DNA of 14,707 nt from a virus. Below, piece by piece: positions 1 through 8,200 of the stretch (position 1 is the stretch's first letter; each line of letters begins with the position of its first letter). The stretch lies in IMG/VR virus record IMGVR_UViG_3300009470_000034. One strand, 5' to 3'. The notes under the pieces were generated by a model that saw only the letters and a program-made list of their open reading frames with translations, was not told where the DNA came from and ran no database searches. A program made the translations under genes and the position numbers.

Positions 1-99
1 GATCCTCTCAGCCGTTCGCCTGCCTATGGGCGATGGTGGCTGGATTATAGGACGGCGCGCGTCTCAGACCACAGTCTGTGCGGCTGTGGCCACCGCCTT
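1..99. repeat. 99-nt terminal overlap, identical to 14609..14707; a circular-assembly closure rather than a biological repeat
   Basis: Base-by-base comparison: 1..99 (gatcctctcagccgttcgcc...gtggccaccgcctt) equals 14609..14707. The overlap lies inside the terminase reading frame and joins it in frame. Confidence 0.9.
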
Positions 100-154
100 A
101 GTTACAAATTATGCGACACGCCCAGAGACGGAGATAGACATTCTGGTCGTGTAG
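2..154 (+). CDS. terL: terminase large subunit, C-terminal end (continuation of 13260..14707 across the circular junction; 2..99 duplicates 14610..14707)
   Basis: The frame entering from 14609/1 stays open. It reads ILSAVRLPMGDGGWIIGRRASQTTVCAAVATALVTNYATRPETEIDILVV, then stop TAG at 152..154. Confidence 0.85.
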   Translation: MLSAVRLPMGDGGWIIGRRASQTTVCAAVATALVTNYATRPETEIDILVV

Positions 155-183
155 GTGTAGAGGACAGGTCTAGACTCTACGGC

Positions 184-1302
184 ATGGCGCTCAAGGACTT
201 ATTTATCACAAAATCCGAGCCGGTTAAATCTGGCGCGGATGTAGAGGCATCTCTGGCTCCAATCTCGACGCTTGATTCAATGTTTAATATAAGCGGAAGC
301 TACACGGCAACACGCGCAGAAGCGATGAGCGTTCCCACAGTCGCAAGATCTAGAGGAATCATAACTTCATCGATCGCTTCAATTCCGCTACAGGTTCGCA
401 CAAAGAGAGATGGCGCAAGGGTTGAGGACGCGCCTAAAGTTATCAATCAGCCGGATCCACGCATTCCCGGATCTGCTACTTACGCATTTCTCGCCGAGGA
501 TTTATTATTCTATGGCTATGCTTATCTCAGGATTACAGATATTTATGCCGACACTTACCGGATTAGATCAGCCGAGCGAATAAATCCAGTTCGCGTCGGT
601 GTGATTACTAATTCAAAGGGAACCGAGATCGATGGTTACACAATCGACGGAAGTAGAATTCCCAATGAAGGGATCGGCGCTCTCGCAGTATTCTATGGAA
701 ATGATGAAGGCTTACTTCTCAGAGCTGGTCGAACAATAAGAGCCGGCGCAGAGTTGGAACGCGCGGCGGCGATGTACGCAAGAGAGCCAGTCCCATCGAT
801 GGTCTTAAAATCAAATGGCGCGGCGCTTCCGGCAGATCGCATCTCTAAATTACTGGAGAGCTGGTCTGTGAGCAGGCGAAATCGCTCAACGGCTTTTCTC
901 AATGCGGACATCGACATGGTATCTGTGGGATTCGATCCGGAGAAGCTTCAACTGAACCAAGCCAGATCCTATGTCGCGACCGAGTTAGCTCGCGCAACGG
1001 GAATCCCAGCATATTATGTGGACGCAGACTCCGGATCGAGTATGACTTATTCGAACGCAACAACGGCGAAGGAATCGCTAGTCAATTTCTCGCTTCGTCC
1101 ACTAATGACAAGTATTGAGGAACGGCTATCGATGACTGGAATGCCAAACGATTTCGTTCCATCATCTCAAGAAGTTAAATTCAATCTTGATGACTACTTA
1201 CGCGGATCAGCTCTAGAGCGCGCGCAGGTTTATGAAATTATGACTCGCGTCGGAGCACTAACGCCCGATGAAATACGAATGGAAGAGGACATGATCAGAT
1301 GA
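184..1302 (+). CDS. portal protein (HK97-type size class)
   Basis: 372-aa ORF immediately after terL and immediately before the protease-capsid gene. Its stop overlaps the next start (ATGA at 1299..1302). Size and position are typical of portals; no motif check was possible by eye. Confidence 0.75.
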   Translation: MALKDLFITKSEPVKSGADVEASLAPISTLDSMFNISGSYTATRAEAMSVPTVARSRGIITSSIASIPLQVRTKRDGARVEDAPKVINQPDPRIPGSATYAFLAEDLLFYGYAYLRITDIYADTYRIRSAERINPVRVGVITNSKGTEIDGYTIDGSRIPNEGIGALAVFYGNDEGLLLRAGRTIRAGAELERAAAMYAREPVPSMVLKSNGAALPADRISKLLESWSVSRRNRSTAFLNADIDMVSVGFDPEKLQLNQARSYVATELARATGIPAYYVDADSGSSMTYSNATTAKESLVNFSLRPLMTSIEERLSMTGMPNDFVPSSQEVKFNLDDYLRGSALERAQVYEIMTRVGALTPDEIRMEEDMIR

Positions 1303-2870
1303 AAATAACAAATAATCCGATGGATCTAACCTTCTCAATCAAGGTGGCGGCTACCGACTTTCCAAAGCGAGAGATCTCCGGTCGCATAGTGACATGGAAT
1401 GAGACAGGAACAACTAGCGCCGGATCTACTGTATTTCTTGAGGATTCGATCACCTTCGGCGCTACTACCAAGCTTCTACTTGAACACCGCCGGGACAGTC
1501 CAATCGGATTCCTAAAGAGCTACACAAACACGCCAGAGGGAATCGATGCCGTGTTCTCTGTCGCTCAAACTAACGCCGGGAATGACGCGCTAGTCGAGGC
1601 GAGCACACAGCTTCGCGACGGCTTCTCTGTCGGGGTTCTAGCTGATAAATATAAGAATGTTGATGGCGTTTTAAATATCAGCGCGAGTAAATTAAAAGAA
1701 GTCTCGCTTGTAACAGATCCAGCCATCGCCAGCGCAAAGGTCGCTATTGCGGCAAGTGATAATTCTGAATCCGAATCGGGAGCTACGGATACAGATTCAA
1801 CAAATCCAACTACAGAAGGAGAAAACGAAGTGGAAAACACTCCGACCGTTACAGAGGCTCCAACCGAAGCGGTTGAAGCTGTCCCACAGAGCATGGCCGC
1901 CGCTCCGCGTCCGGTTATGTTCACAGAACCACGATCTCCGATCATCTCGGGCGGCTCTTACCTAGAGCACACAATCAAGGCAAAGTTAGGGAACGAGGAT
2001 TCCCGTCAATATGTTATGGCGGCAGATGATAGCTTCACAACAAACCCAGCCTTCTCGCCGATCGCTTATGTTCGCGATGTCGCAACTAACACCACCGGCA
2101 TTCGTCCAACTATCGATGCATGCGGTGGAACTCGCGCTCTAGCGCCGTTTGGAATGCAGGTCTCGATTCCTAAGATCACCGCGAATTCAACTGTCGCAAC
2201 TGTGGCAGAAGGCGGCGATCCAACTGGAACGACGGCAATAACCTCAGCTTTCGTCAATGCGACTGTCATTAAAAAAATGGGTTTCCAACGCTACAGCGTC
2301 GAGCTTCTAGAACGCTCGGATCCGAGCTTCTATGAAATCATGCTTCAAAATTTAAGGGAAGGCTACGCTCAAGCAACTGATGAGTATGTCATCGCTCAAA
2401 TCGTCGCAGGTGGAACACAGGCCACGGCAACGGCGGCAACAAGCGCAGGAATCATCTCCTATGTATCGACTGAATCTCCAGCCGCCTATAACGCAACAAA
2501 GCGGATGGCGCGAGCTTATGTAGCTGGAACTTCGCAGTGGTCGCTCTTGATGGGCGCAACAGATACGACCGGAAGGCCAATCTACAACGCTCAACCATCG
2601 ACACAGAATGCCGGCGGATCAGCGACTCCAACTTCACTTCGCGGAAATGTATTAGGACTTGATCTCTATGTCGATTCCAATATGGTTTCAACAACTATCG
2701 ATGAATCTGCATTTATCATCGAGCCACGCTCTATCGAAATTTTCGAATCTCCAACGCTGACACTTTCCACGAATGTGCCAACAACCGGAGAGATCGAGCT
2801 GGCACTTTATGGATTCATCGCGGCTGGCGTAACTCAGGCCGGCGGCCTTCGTCGCTTTAACCTAACCTAA
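1299..2870 (+). CDS. prohead (capsid maturation) protease fused to HK97-fold major capsid protein
   Basis: The N-terminal ~150 aa carry HK97 prohead protease (S78/U35) hallmarks: LLEHRRDSPIG (His), DGFSVGV (Ser) and LKEVSLVTDPAIASAKV. An acidic, Thr/Glu-rich linker follows (SDNSESESGATDTDSTNPTTEGENEVENTPTVTEAPTEAVEAV). The remaining ~330 aa resemble a major capsid protein (IKKMGFQRYSVELLERSDPSF...). Confidence 0.8.
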   Translation: MKITNNPMDLTFSIKVAATDFPKREISGRIVTWNETGTTSAGSTVFLEDSITFGATTKLLLEHRRDSPIGFLKSYTNTPEGIDAVFSVAQTNAGNDALVEASTQLRDGFSVGVLADKYKNVDGVLNISASKLKEVSLVTDPAIASAKVAIAASDNSESESGATDTDSTNPTTEGENEVENTPTVTEAPTEAVEAVPQSMAAAPRPVMFTEPRSPIISGGSYLEHTIKAKLGNEDSRQYVMAADDSFTTNPAFSPIAYVRDVATNTTGIRPTIDACGGTRALAPFGMQVSIPKITANSTVATVAEGGDPTGTTAITSAFVNATVIKKMGFQRYSVELLERSDPSFYEIMLQNLREGYAQATDEYVIAQIVAGGTQATATAATSAGIISYVSTESPAAYNATKRMARAYVAGTSQWSLLMGATDTTGRPIYNAQPSTQNAGGSATPTSLRGNVLGLDLYVDSNMVSTTIDESAFIIEPRSIEIFESPTLTLSTNVPTTGEIELALYGFIAAGVTQAGGLRRFNLT

Positions 2871-2883
2871 GTAAAAATAATCA

Positions 2884-2914
2884 TCGGCTAGGTGCGCTCC
2901 CGTATTTAGCCGAG
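2884..2914 (+). promoter_or_regulatory. intergenic stem-loop/motif copy A (TCGGCTA-N16-TAGCCGA; contains TAGGTGCG)
   Basis: 7-bp inverted repeat at 2884..2890 / 2907..2913 in the 64-nt spacer after the capsid gene. There is no downstream T-run. It shares TCGGC..TAGGTGCG..CCC..TATT..GAG with 10920..10948. Confidence 0.3.
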
Positions 2915-2934
2915 TCGAACGAGAGGATGAGCTC

Positions 2935-3579
2935 ATGCCAGCAATAGTTACCGCCGCAGAATTGCGGACTGTTCTTGGAGTGAGCTCATCTCTTTATTCA
3001 GATGCTTATCTGGAAGGCATTATCGATTCGGCTGAGGGCGTGGTTTTGCCAATGCTTACGGCCTACCAGAGCGCAATCGCTGGCGTTTATCTTTCCAACA
3101 ATGTCGCCTATTACTTGACACAGCGACCAAATCAATTCGTCGAAGGTCAGAGCGTGGTAGTTACGGGATGCGTTCCGGATCTATTTAATGGAACGATCAC
3201 AATAACTAGCAACGCATCGAATCTCTATCCGCCATTTTCTTACGCTCCGCCATTCTCTTATTCTGAATTCTATTATTCTCCGCTCTATGTATTCTCAGCC
3301 GCGTTAGTCAATGCCGATGTCGAATTAAGAAATGTAATTCCTGCCGGAGTCGCTGTCCTATCCGGGGCAAGCGCGGCGACTCTCTACGCTGACAACGCGC
3401 CAGTCGAATCGGCGATTTTGGTCGTTAGCGTAGAAATCTTTCAATCCATCACAGCTCCCGGCGGTCAGATCGAGGGCGTAGATTTCGCTCCATCGCCATT
3501 CCGGATGGGTCGCAGTCTCCAGAACAGGGTCATCGGATTATTGAGCCCGTTCGTTGAAGTAGAGACAATCTGTCAATGA
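2935..3579 (+). CDS. head-tail connector/adaptor (gp6-like N-terminus) with extended C-terminal region
   Basis: GAGAGGA RBS before the ATG. The N-terminus MPAIVTAAELRTVLGVSS..DAYLEGIIDSAEGVV matches the pattern typical of gp6-like head-tail connectors. It is the first gene after the capsid gene. At 214 aa it is about twice the usual size. Confidence 0.55.
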   Translation: MPAIVTAAELRTVLGVSSSLYSDAYLEGIIDSAEGVVLPMLTAYQSAIAGVYLSNNVAYYLTQRPNQFVEGQSVVVTGCVPDLFNGTITITSNASNLYPPFSYAPPFSYSEFYYSPLYVFSAALVNADVELRNVIPAGVAVLSGASAATLYADNAPVESAILVVSVEIFQSITAPGGQIEGVDFAPSPFRMGRSLQNRVIGLLSPFVEVETICQ

Positions 3580-3956
3580 GCACGATCTTAGATACTGTCA
3601 GAGATCCGCTTCGGACTGCTCTACTTGGAGTGGCGGCTTCGGTCTATTCATCCGTTCCGGAAGCCGTCATTCCGCCAGCTTGCGTGGTGGTCTATGACTC
3701 TCCAATGATGGAGAGCACACTCATCGGAAATGGCGCCGTCAAAGTAAAGCTCAACTTCGTCGTTACTGCCGCTGTCGCCTATAACTCGAACGCCGGATCT
3801 CTAGACAATCTGGAGAAGTTACTCATCCAAATTCTCGGAGCTATACCTTCGGGATATGTGGTCGGAGATGTCCAAGCTCCATCCATTACATCAGTCGGAG
3901 CGAGTAATCTATTAGTCGCGGATTTATCCATCTCGACCTATTACACACAAACCTAA
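3576..3956 (+). CDS. neck / tail-terminator-like protein (DUF3168/SPP1 gp17-like pattern); function tentative
   Basis: ATGA overlap with the upstream gene. 126 aa, lying between the adaptor and the major tail gene. The N-terminal pattern LRTALLGVAASVYSSVPEAVIPPACVVV resembles tail-completion proteins. Confidence 0.45.
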   Translation: MSTILDTVRDPLRTALLGVAASVYSSVPEAVIPPACVVVYDSPMMESTLIGNGAVKVKLNFVVTAAVAYNSNAGSLDNLEKLLIQILGAIPSGYVVGDVQAPSITSVGASNLLVADLSISTYYTQT

Positions 3957-3967
3957 AGGAGCAAGAA

Positions 3968-4369
3968 ATGCCAACAACAATCATCACCGGTCGCGATATA
4001 ACTCTCACGCTCGCGTCCGGTGCTTACGATATTCAAACCACTAGCGCGGTTCTCTCGAACTCGCCAACGATTTCAACTTATCAGACACTCGATGGAAAAG
4101 CTTACAAGCACATCGATGATCAATGGACTTTAGATCTTGAACTTCTAGCAGATTATGGAGCTTCTGGCTCACTATTCGAGGCGATGTGGACAGCCTTTAC
4201 AAGTGCTCCTAATACTCCTCTTGCCGTTACTCTAGTCGCGGCTACTGGCGCTTCATGGGCGTTTAATGTATTCCCGGTCGCTCCGTCGGCTGGCGGCGCG
4301 GCTCCAGATGCTCAGACCGACTCATGGTCGATGCTGGTCTCTGATACGCCTGTCCTTACAATCTCTTAA
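3968..4369 (+). CDS. major tail protein (small, 133 aa)
   Basis: AGGAG RBS. It lies directly upstream of the frameshifting chaperone gene pair, the canonical position for a siphovirus major tail protein. Confidence 0.55.
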   Translation: MPTTIITGRDITLTLASGAYDIQTTSAVLSNSPTISTYQTLDGKAYKHIDDQWTLDLELLADYGASGSLFEAMWTAFTSAPNTPLAVTLVAATGASWAFNVFPVAPSAGGAAPDAQTDSWSMLVSDTPVLTIS

Positions 4370-4390
4370 CCAAAAGAATCGGGAGCAAAA

Positions 4391-4669
4391 ATGAAACTAG
4401 CAATAGAGATCACTTATCAGTCCGGCGAGCTTGCGACCTACATCGCGGCTCCACCGGAATGGATGAAGTGGGAGCAGAAAACAGGATTCACGATTCAACA
4501 GGCAAGCGACAAGATAGGGATCTCGGATCTCCTATTTCTAGCCTATAACTCGATGAAGCGTGAAGCCGCTGGCAAGCCAGTCAAAGGCTACGAAGTATGG
4601 TGTGAGACTGTCGCAGATATTGAGGCAGGGAATACCGATAGCCCAAAAGCTACGCCGCCGGAAGCATAA
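4391..4669 (+). CDS. tail assembly chaperone (G-like, zero-frame product, 92 aa)
   Basis: GGGAG RBS. It sits between the major tail and tape measure genes and contains the slippery heptamer C CCA AAA near its 3' end. Confidence 0.75.
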   Translation: MKLAIEITYQSGELATYIAAPPEWMKWEQKTGFTIQQASDKIGISDLLFLAYNSMKREAAGKPVKGYEVWCETVADIEAGNTDSPKATPPEA

Positions 4670-4782
4670 ATCGAACTCTCGTTGAGCTAGCAATAGCCAC
4701 AGGGATTCCGATGAAAGAGTGGGACACGGCGGAAGCAATACTCACAGCGATAGAGATTCTGGAGAAGCGAGATGGCAAGTAA
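4391..4782 (+). CDS. tail assembly chaperone, -1 frameshifted long form (GT-like; 4391..4648 joined to 4648..4782, ~130 aa)
   Basis: After a -1 slip at 4642..4648 the frame is open for 44 codons (SYAAGSINRTLVELAIATGIPMKEWDTAEAILTAIEILEKRDGK). It ends at TAA 4780..4782. Confidence 0.7.
4642..4648 (+). promoter_or_regulatory. -1 programmed ribosomal frameshift slippery site CCCAAAA (X XXY YYZ in the chaperone frame)
   Basis: Zero-frame codons are agc CCA AAA gct, so C CCA AAA fits the tandem-slip rule. It lies 7 codons before the G stop, and the -1 frame downstream is open. Confidence 0.7.
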
Positions 4783-5311
4783 GAGCGGAAGCGGTGTCTA
4801 TGCGATTACCATTGAACCGCTTGCGCTTAAAAGTCTCATCGGATTATTAAACGCGTTAGATAAAGAGACAGCGAACAAAGTCCGAGACGCGGCTCAGCCG
4901 TTGTCTAAAAGACTCGCTGGCCAGCTCTACCAATTCGGAGAGAAATCTCCAACGCCACAGACTCGGCTAGTCATGGAATCTATTTCCACGCCGCGCGATC
5001 GCTTGGTTCGGGTTGATATTGGCGGAGCTAAAAAAGTCGGGCGCAAGTATGGCGGCAGAGCTAGCAAGAGCGGAAAAGGTAACAGGGTCTCACAATCTGC
5101 CGCGCCTGCCGGAGCTCTCTTATGGGGCTCAGAATTTGGATCACAGCCTGGAGTCGATTCGATAGGCCGCTCCTACACAAACAGATTCAAAGCGCCTTAC
5201 AAGAAATCCGGTTATTGGATCGCGCCAGCCGTCGATTTCTACATTCCAATTTTGGCCAAAGAATATACCGAGATGATTCAGGCCGTAATTAAAGAGAGCA
5301 GGCTCAACTAA
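4772..5311 (+). CDS. HK97 gp10-like head-tail joining / tail-completion family protein (tentative)
   Basis: GGAGAAG RBS. The motifs LLWGSEFGS and YWIAPAVD resemble the (V)EFGT and PFL.PA motifs of the HK97 gp10 family. The position between chaperone and tape measure is unusual. Confidence 0.45.
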   Translation: MASKSGSGVYAITIEPLALKSLIGLLNALDKETANKVRDAAQPLSKRLAGQLYQFGEKSPTPQTRLVMESISTPRDRLVRVDIGGAKKVGRKYGGRASKSGKGNRVSQSAAPAGALLWGSEFGSQPGVDSIGRSYTNRFKAPYKKSGYWIAPAVDFYIPILAKEYTEMIQAVIKESRLN

Positions 5312-6942
5312 TGGCTGGCATTCCTAAGGTACGAGTCCAATTCGATGCAGACTTTGACCAATTAAAAAAGGGCGTTAAAGGCGCGACTAATGAGGTTGAG
5401 AGCTTTGGATCAAAGGTTGGAGATTTCTCAAAGAAGGCTGGACAGGCTTTCGCTCTTGTAGGAGCCGCCGCCGCCGTTATGGCAGTCAAAATCGGCATCG
5501 ATTCAATCAAGGCCGCTTCCGACTTAGGCGAGACGATTTCAAAGGTCGGTGTGCTCTTTGGAGATAGCGCGAAAGAAATCGAGAAGTTTGCCGATGGAGC
5601 CGCGCAAAGTCTCGGACAGACAAAACAGCAGGCGTTAGATGCCGCCGCTAATTTCGCGATCTTTGGTTCATCCGCCGGATTAGCTGGAGAGGATCTAGTC
5701 AAATTCTCGACCGACTTCGTCTCGCTCGCTGGCGATCTAGCTTCATTTAATAATGTCTCGCAAGATGAGGCCATCAATGCAATCGGCTCAGCTCTAAGAG
5801 GCGAAGCGGAACCACTAAGAAGGTTCGGAGTATTACTAGACGCGGCAACACTTGAAGCCGCCGCATTTAGTCTCGGGATCTATGACGGCTCTGGAGCTCT
5901 AACAGCTCAACAAAAAGTCCTAGCCGCGCAACAAGTAATCTTTGAACAGACTACTACCGCACAAGGCGACTTCGCTCGGACTTCCGACGGGCTGGCCAAT
6001 AAGACTAAGATCCTAACGGCAGAGCTGGAAAACACTAAGCTAATCATCGGCGAGGCTTTACTTCCGATTGTCTTAGATCTTGCCACCGCATTCTCTCAAA
6101 AGGTCGTTCCGTTAATTAAAGAATTCGCTCAAGGATTAGCAGGCAAGGAAGGATTAAATGAGGGATTAGAGAAATCTAATTCCGCCGCATTCGAGTGGGG
6201 TCAGCGAATTAACAAGGTGATTAAAATCGTCGCCAGTTTTAAGGATGAGATCGTTATTCTAATCGCGACTCTAGCCACGCTCTTTACAGTCTCTGCTATC
6301 TCGGGCTGGGTTATTGCCACAGTCGCAGGAATTAGAACTCTGATCACCGCCTATAACGCTCTCAAGGCTTCGGCAATCGTGGCAGGTATCGCGACGGCCT
6401 TCGCGCTAAATCCGCTCTTAGGAGTCGGAGCCGTGGCGCTTGCGGCAACAGTCTTATCGGCTGGCGTTGCGCTCTCTAATAAATACTCAAGCAACCTTCC
6501 CGGCGGCTTAGAGGAATCGATGAGCGGAGCCAATAATCGGATCCGGGAGCAGTTAAATAATGGATCATCAATCTCTCCTATCGTGGCGAGTACCGGGGCA
6601 AGTGCAGGCGGCGGCGGCGTTATCACGACTCAAGGCGGAACGACAGGCGGTGGCACAATCGGCGAAGCAGTCGCGAAGGGAGTCTCATCGGCTCTACCTA
6701 AAAATCTTAAGTATGATCCGCTTCCTAGCATGACTCCATCCGAATCTTTATTTTCAGATCTCACCGGAACTAAAGGCAATTTTCCCGGCTCCGGAGTTAG
6801 CCCATTCCTAGCTCAGTCTCCTAATATAAGCATCACAGTAAATGGAGCAATCGATAAGGAAGGCACAGCTCGCCAGATCGTCGAGATTCTAAATGACTCT
6901 TATTATCGCGGAACTTCGGGCGCTGGTGCGCTGGTTACATAA
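5311..6942 (+). CDS. tape measure protein
   Basis: 543 aa, Ala/Gly-rich and predicted helical in the N-terminal half. It has hydrophobic segments (IVILIATLATLFTVSAISGWVIATVAGI; AIVAGIATAFALNPLLGVGAVALAATVLSAGVAL) and a Gly-rich tract. It follows the chaperone genes. TAATG overlaps occur at both ends. Confidence 0.85.
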   Translation: MAGIPKVRVQFDADFDQLKKGVKGATNEVESFGSKVGDFSKKAGQAFALVGAAAAVMAVKIGIDSIKAASDLGETISKVGVLFGDSAKEIEKFADGAAQSLGQTKQQALDAAANFAIFGSSAGLAGEDLVKFSTDFVSLAGDLASFNNVSQDEAINAIGSALRGEAEPLRRFGVLLDAATLEAAAFSLGIYDGSGALTAQQKVLAAQQVIFEQTTTAQGDFARTSDGLANKTKILTAELENTKLIIGEALLPIVLDLATAFSQKVVPLIKEFAQGLAGKEGLNEGLEKSNSAAFEWGQRINKVIKIVASFKDEIVILIATLATLFTVSAISGWVIATVAGIRTLITAYNALKASAIVAGIATAFALNPLLGVGAVALAATVLSAGVALSNKYSSNLPGGLEESMSGANNRIREQLNNGSSISPIVASTGASAGGGGVITTQGGTTGGGTIGEAVAKGVSSALPKNLKYDPLPSMTPSESLFSDLTGTKGNFPGSGVSPFLAQSPNISITVNGAIDKEGTARQIVEILNDSYYRGTSGAGALVT

Positions 6943-8189
6943 TGACTCAATGGAGCCCAGTCTGGCAGATTAAAATTAACTCGGTTGAATATACGACCAC
7001 GACTTTATCGAATCTCACCATCTCAAGTGGTCGAACCAATATCTATGAGCAAGCTCGGGCAGGTTATGCGAACCTAACTCTGATCAATCTCAATCAAGCC
7101 AGCGTCCCAATCCAGATAAACGATTCAATCTCAATTCAAGTAAAAGACTCAAGCGGAACTTTCGTCCCGATATTCGGCGGATCTGTGGTGGATGTGGGAA
7201 TCGAAGTCTCAGAGGCCGGGTCTAGTGCCTACACGCAGACCATCACCATCATCGCTCTCGGAGCTTTGGCAAGGCTTCCGAAGGCTCTCACCGATGGAGT
7301 GTTATCGCAAGACTTCGACGGGAATCAAATCGAGACAATCCTTCGCGAAGTGCTACTGACTCAATGGCAGAGCGTTCCAGCCGCGCTTACATGGGCGACC
7401 TATAATGCGACCACTACATGGGCAACAGTTGCGAATTTAGGACTTGGAGAAATTGACACTCCGGGAAATTATGAACTAGCCAATCGGACTTCCGAGCGAA
7501 CAGACATCTATTCTTTGGTAAGTGCGCTGGCGACTTCCGGGCTCGGTATCCTCTACGAGGATGCTCAAGGCTTGATTTCCTATGCTGATTCTACTCATCG
7601 AACAGTTTATCTATCCGCCAATGGCTATGTCGAACTCTCGGCAAATGAAGCTCTAGCGCGTGGGATCAAAATTCAGACAAGGGCTGGAGATGTTAGAAAT
7701 GACATCACGATCAAATATGGCGCAACTTCATCGAGTGAAGTATCGGCTACGGATGCGGCTTCAATAGCCTTATACGGCGATCTGGCTCAAATTATCACGA
7801 CCACGATTAAACACTCAGCCGATGCCACGGATCAAGCCGATTTTTATCTAAGTCTGCGAGCCAATCCAGAGCCTAATTTTAACTCCATCACTTACGCGCT
7901 CACTAATCCAGAGCTAGATGATGGCGATCGGGATGCGCTGATCAATATCTTTATGGGGCTCCCGGTATCGATTATCGATCTCCCGTTAAATATGAGCTCC
8001 GGGGCTTATCAGGGATTCGTCGAGGGCTGGAGCTTTGCCGCAAGCTATAACGAGCTCTCGATTACCTTCCTAGCTTCTCCGCTCGCCTATTCTCTCCAAG
8101 CTATGCGGTGGAATGATGTGCCTGTCGTTGAATTATGGAATACAGTCTCAGCTATACTCACATGGGAAAACGCCACGATCGTGGCATAA
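6942..8189 (+). CDS. minor tail protein (distal tail / tail-tip position)
   Basis: 415-aa ORF directly after the tape measure. It is the only gene between the tape measure and the fibre-like genes. Confidence 0.55.
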   Translation: MTQWSPVWQIKINSVEYTTTTLSNLTISSGRTNIYEQARAGYANLTLINLNQASVPIQINDSISIQVKDSSGTFVPIFGGSVVDVGIEVSEAGSSAYTQTITIIALGALARLPKALTDGVLSQDFDGNQIETILREVLLTQWQSVPAALTWATYNATTTWATVANLGLGEIDTPGNYELANRTSERTDIYSLVSALATSGLGILYEDAQGLISYADSTHRTVYLSANGYVELSANEALARGIKIQTRAGDVRNDITIKYGATSSSEVSATDAASIALYGDLAQIITTTIKHSADATDQADFYLSLRANPEPNFNSITYALTNPELDDGDRDALINIFMGLPVSIIDLPLNMSSGAYQGFVEGWSFAASYNELSITFLASPLAYSLQAMRWNDVPVVELWNTVSAILTWENATIVA

Positions 8190-8200
8190 AGGAGAAAAGA

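Noticed and set aside
1-99. The 99-nt terminal direct repeat as a biological DTR or cos-flanking repeat
   Set aside because: It lies in the middle of the terminase reading frame and joins it in frame. It is most simply an assembler overlap marking a circular or circularly permuted contig.
152-183. TAGGTG plus the 8-bp palindrome GTCTAGAC (168..175) upstream of the portal as a cos site or a third copy of the intergenic motif
   Set aside because: Only the hexamer TAGGTG is shared, and about 3-4 copies per strand are expected by chance. The palindrome is short and there is no supporting evidence for termini.
1747-1965. Alternative-frame plus-strand ORFs inside structural genes (1747..1965, 8966..9160)
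   Set aside because: They are embedded in strongly supported genes, and their basic, low-complexity translations are typical of off-frame reading of an acidic linker or repeat region.
5304-5777. 157-aa minus-strand ORF, and the other minus-strand ORFs at 693..917, 1565..1945, 2066..2269, 2352..2694, 4538..4738, 6351..6626, 9524..9757, 10152..10454, 11382..11621, 12317..12499, 12580..12765, 13235..13441 and 13476..13733
   Set aside because: All lie wholly inside well-supported plus-strand genes, lack RBS context and have low-complexity or odd composition. They are antisense shadow ORFs.
8135-8200. Upstream start (8135) for the tail fibre ORF, and the overlapping ORF 8113..8352
   Set aside because: The extension lies within the 3' end of the preceding gene and encodes an atypical peptide. 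ATG 8201 has an AGGAG RBS and yields the conserved MANPTTNFGW N-terminus.
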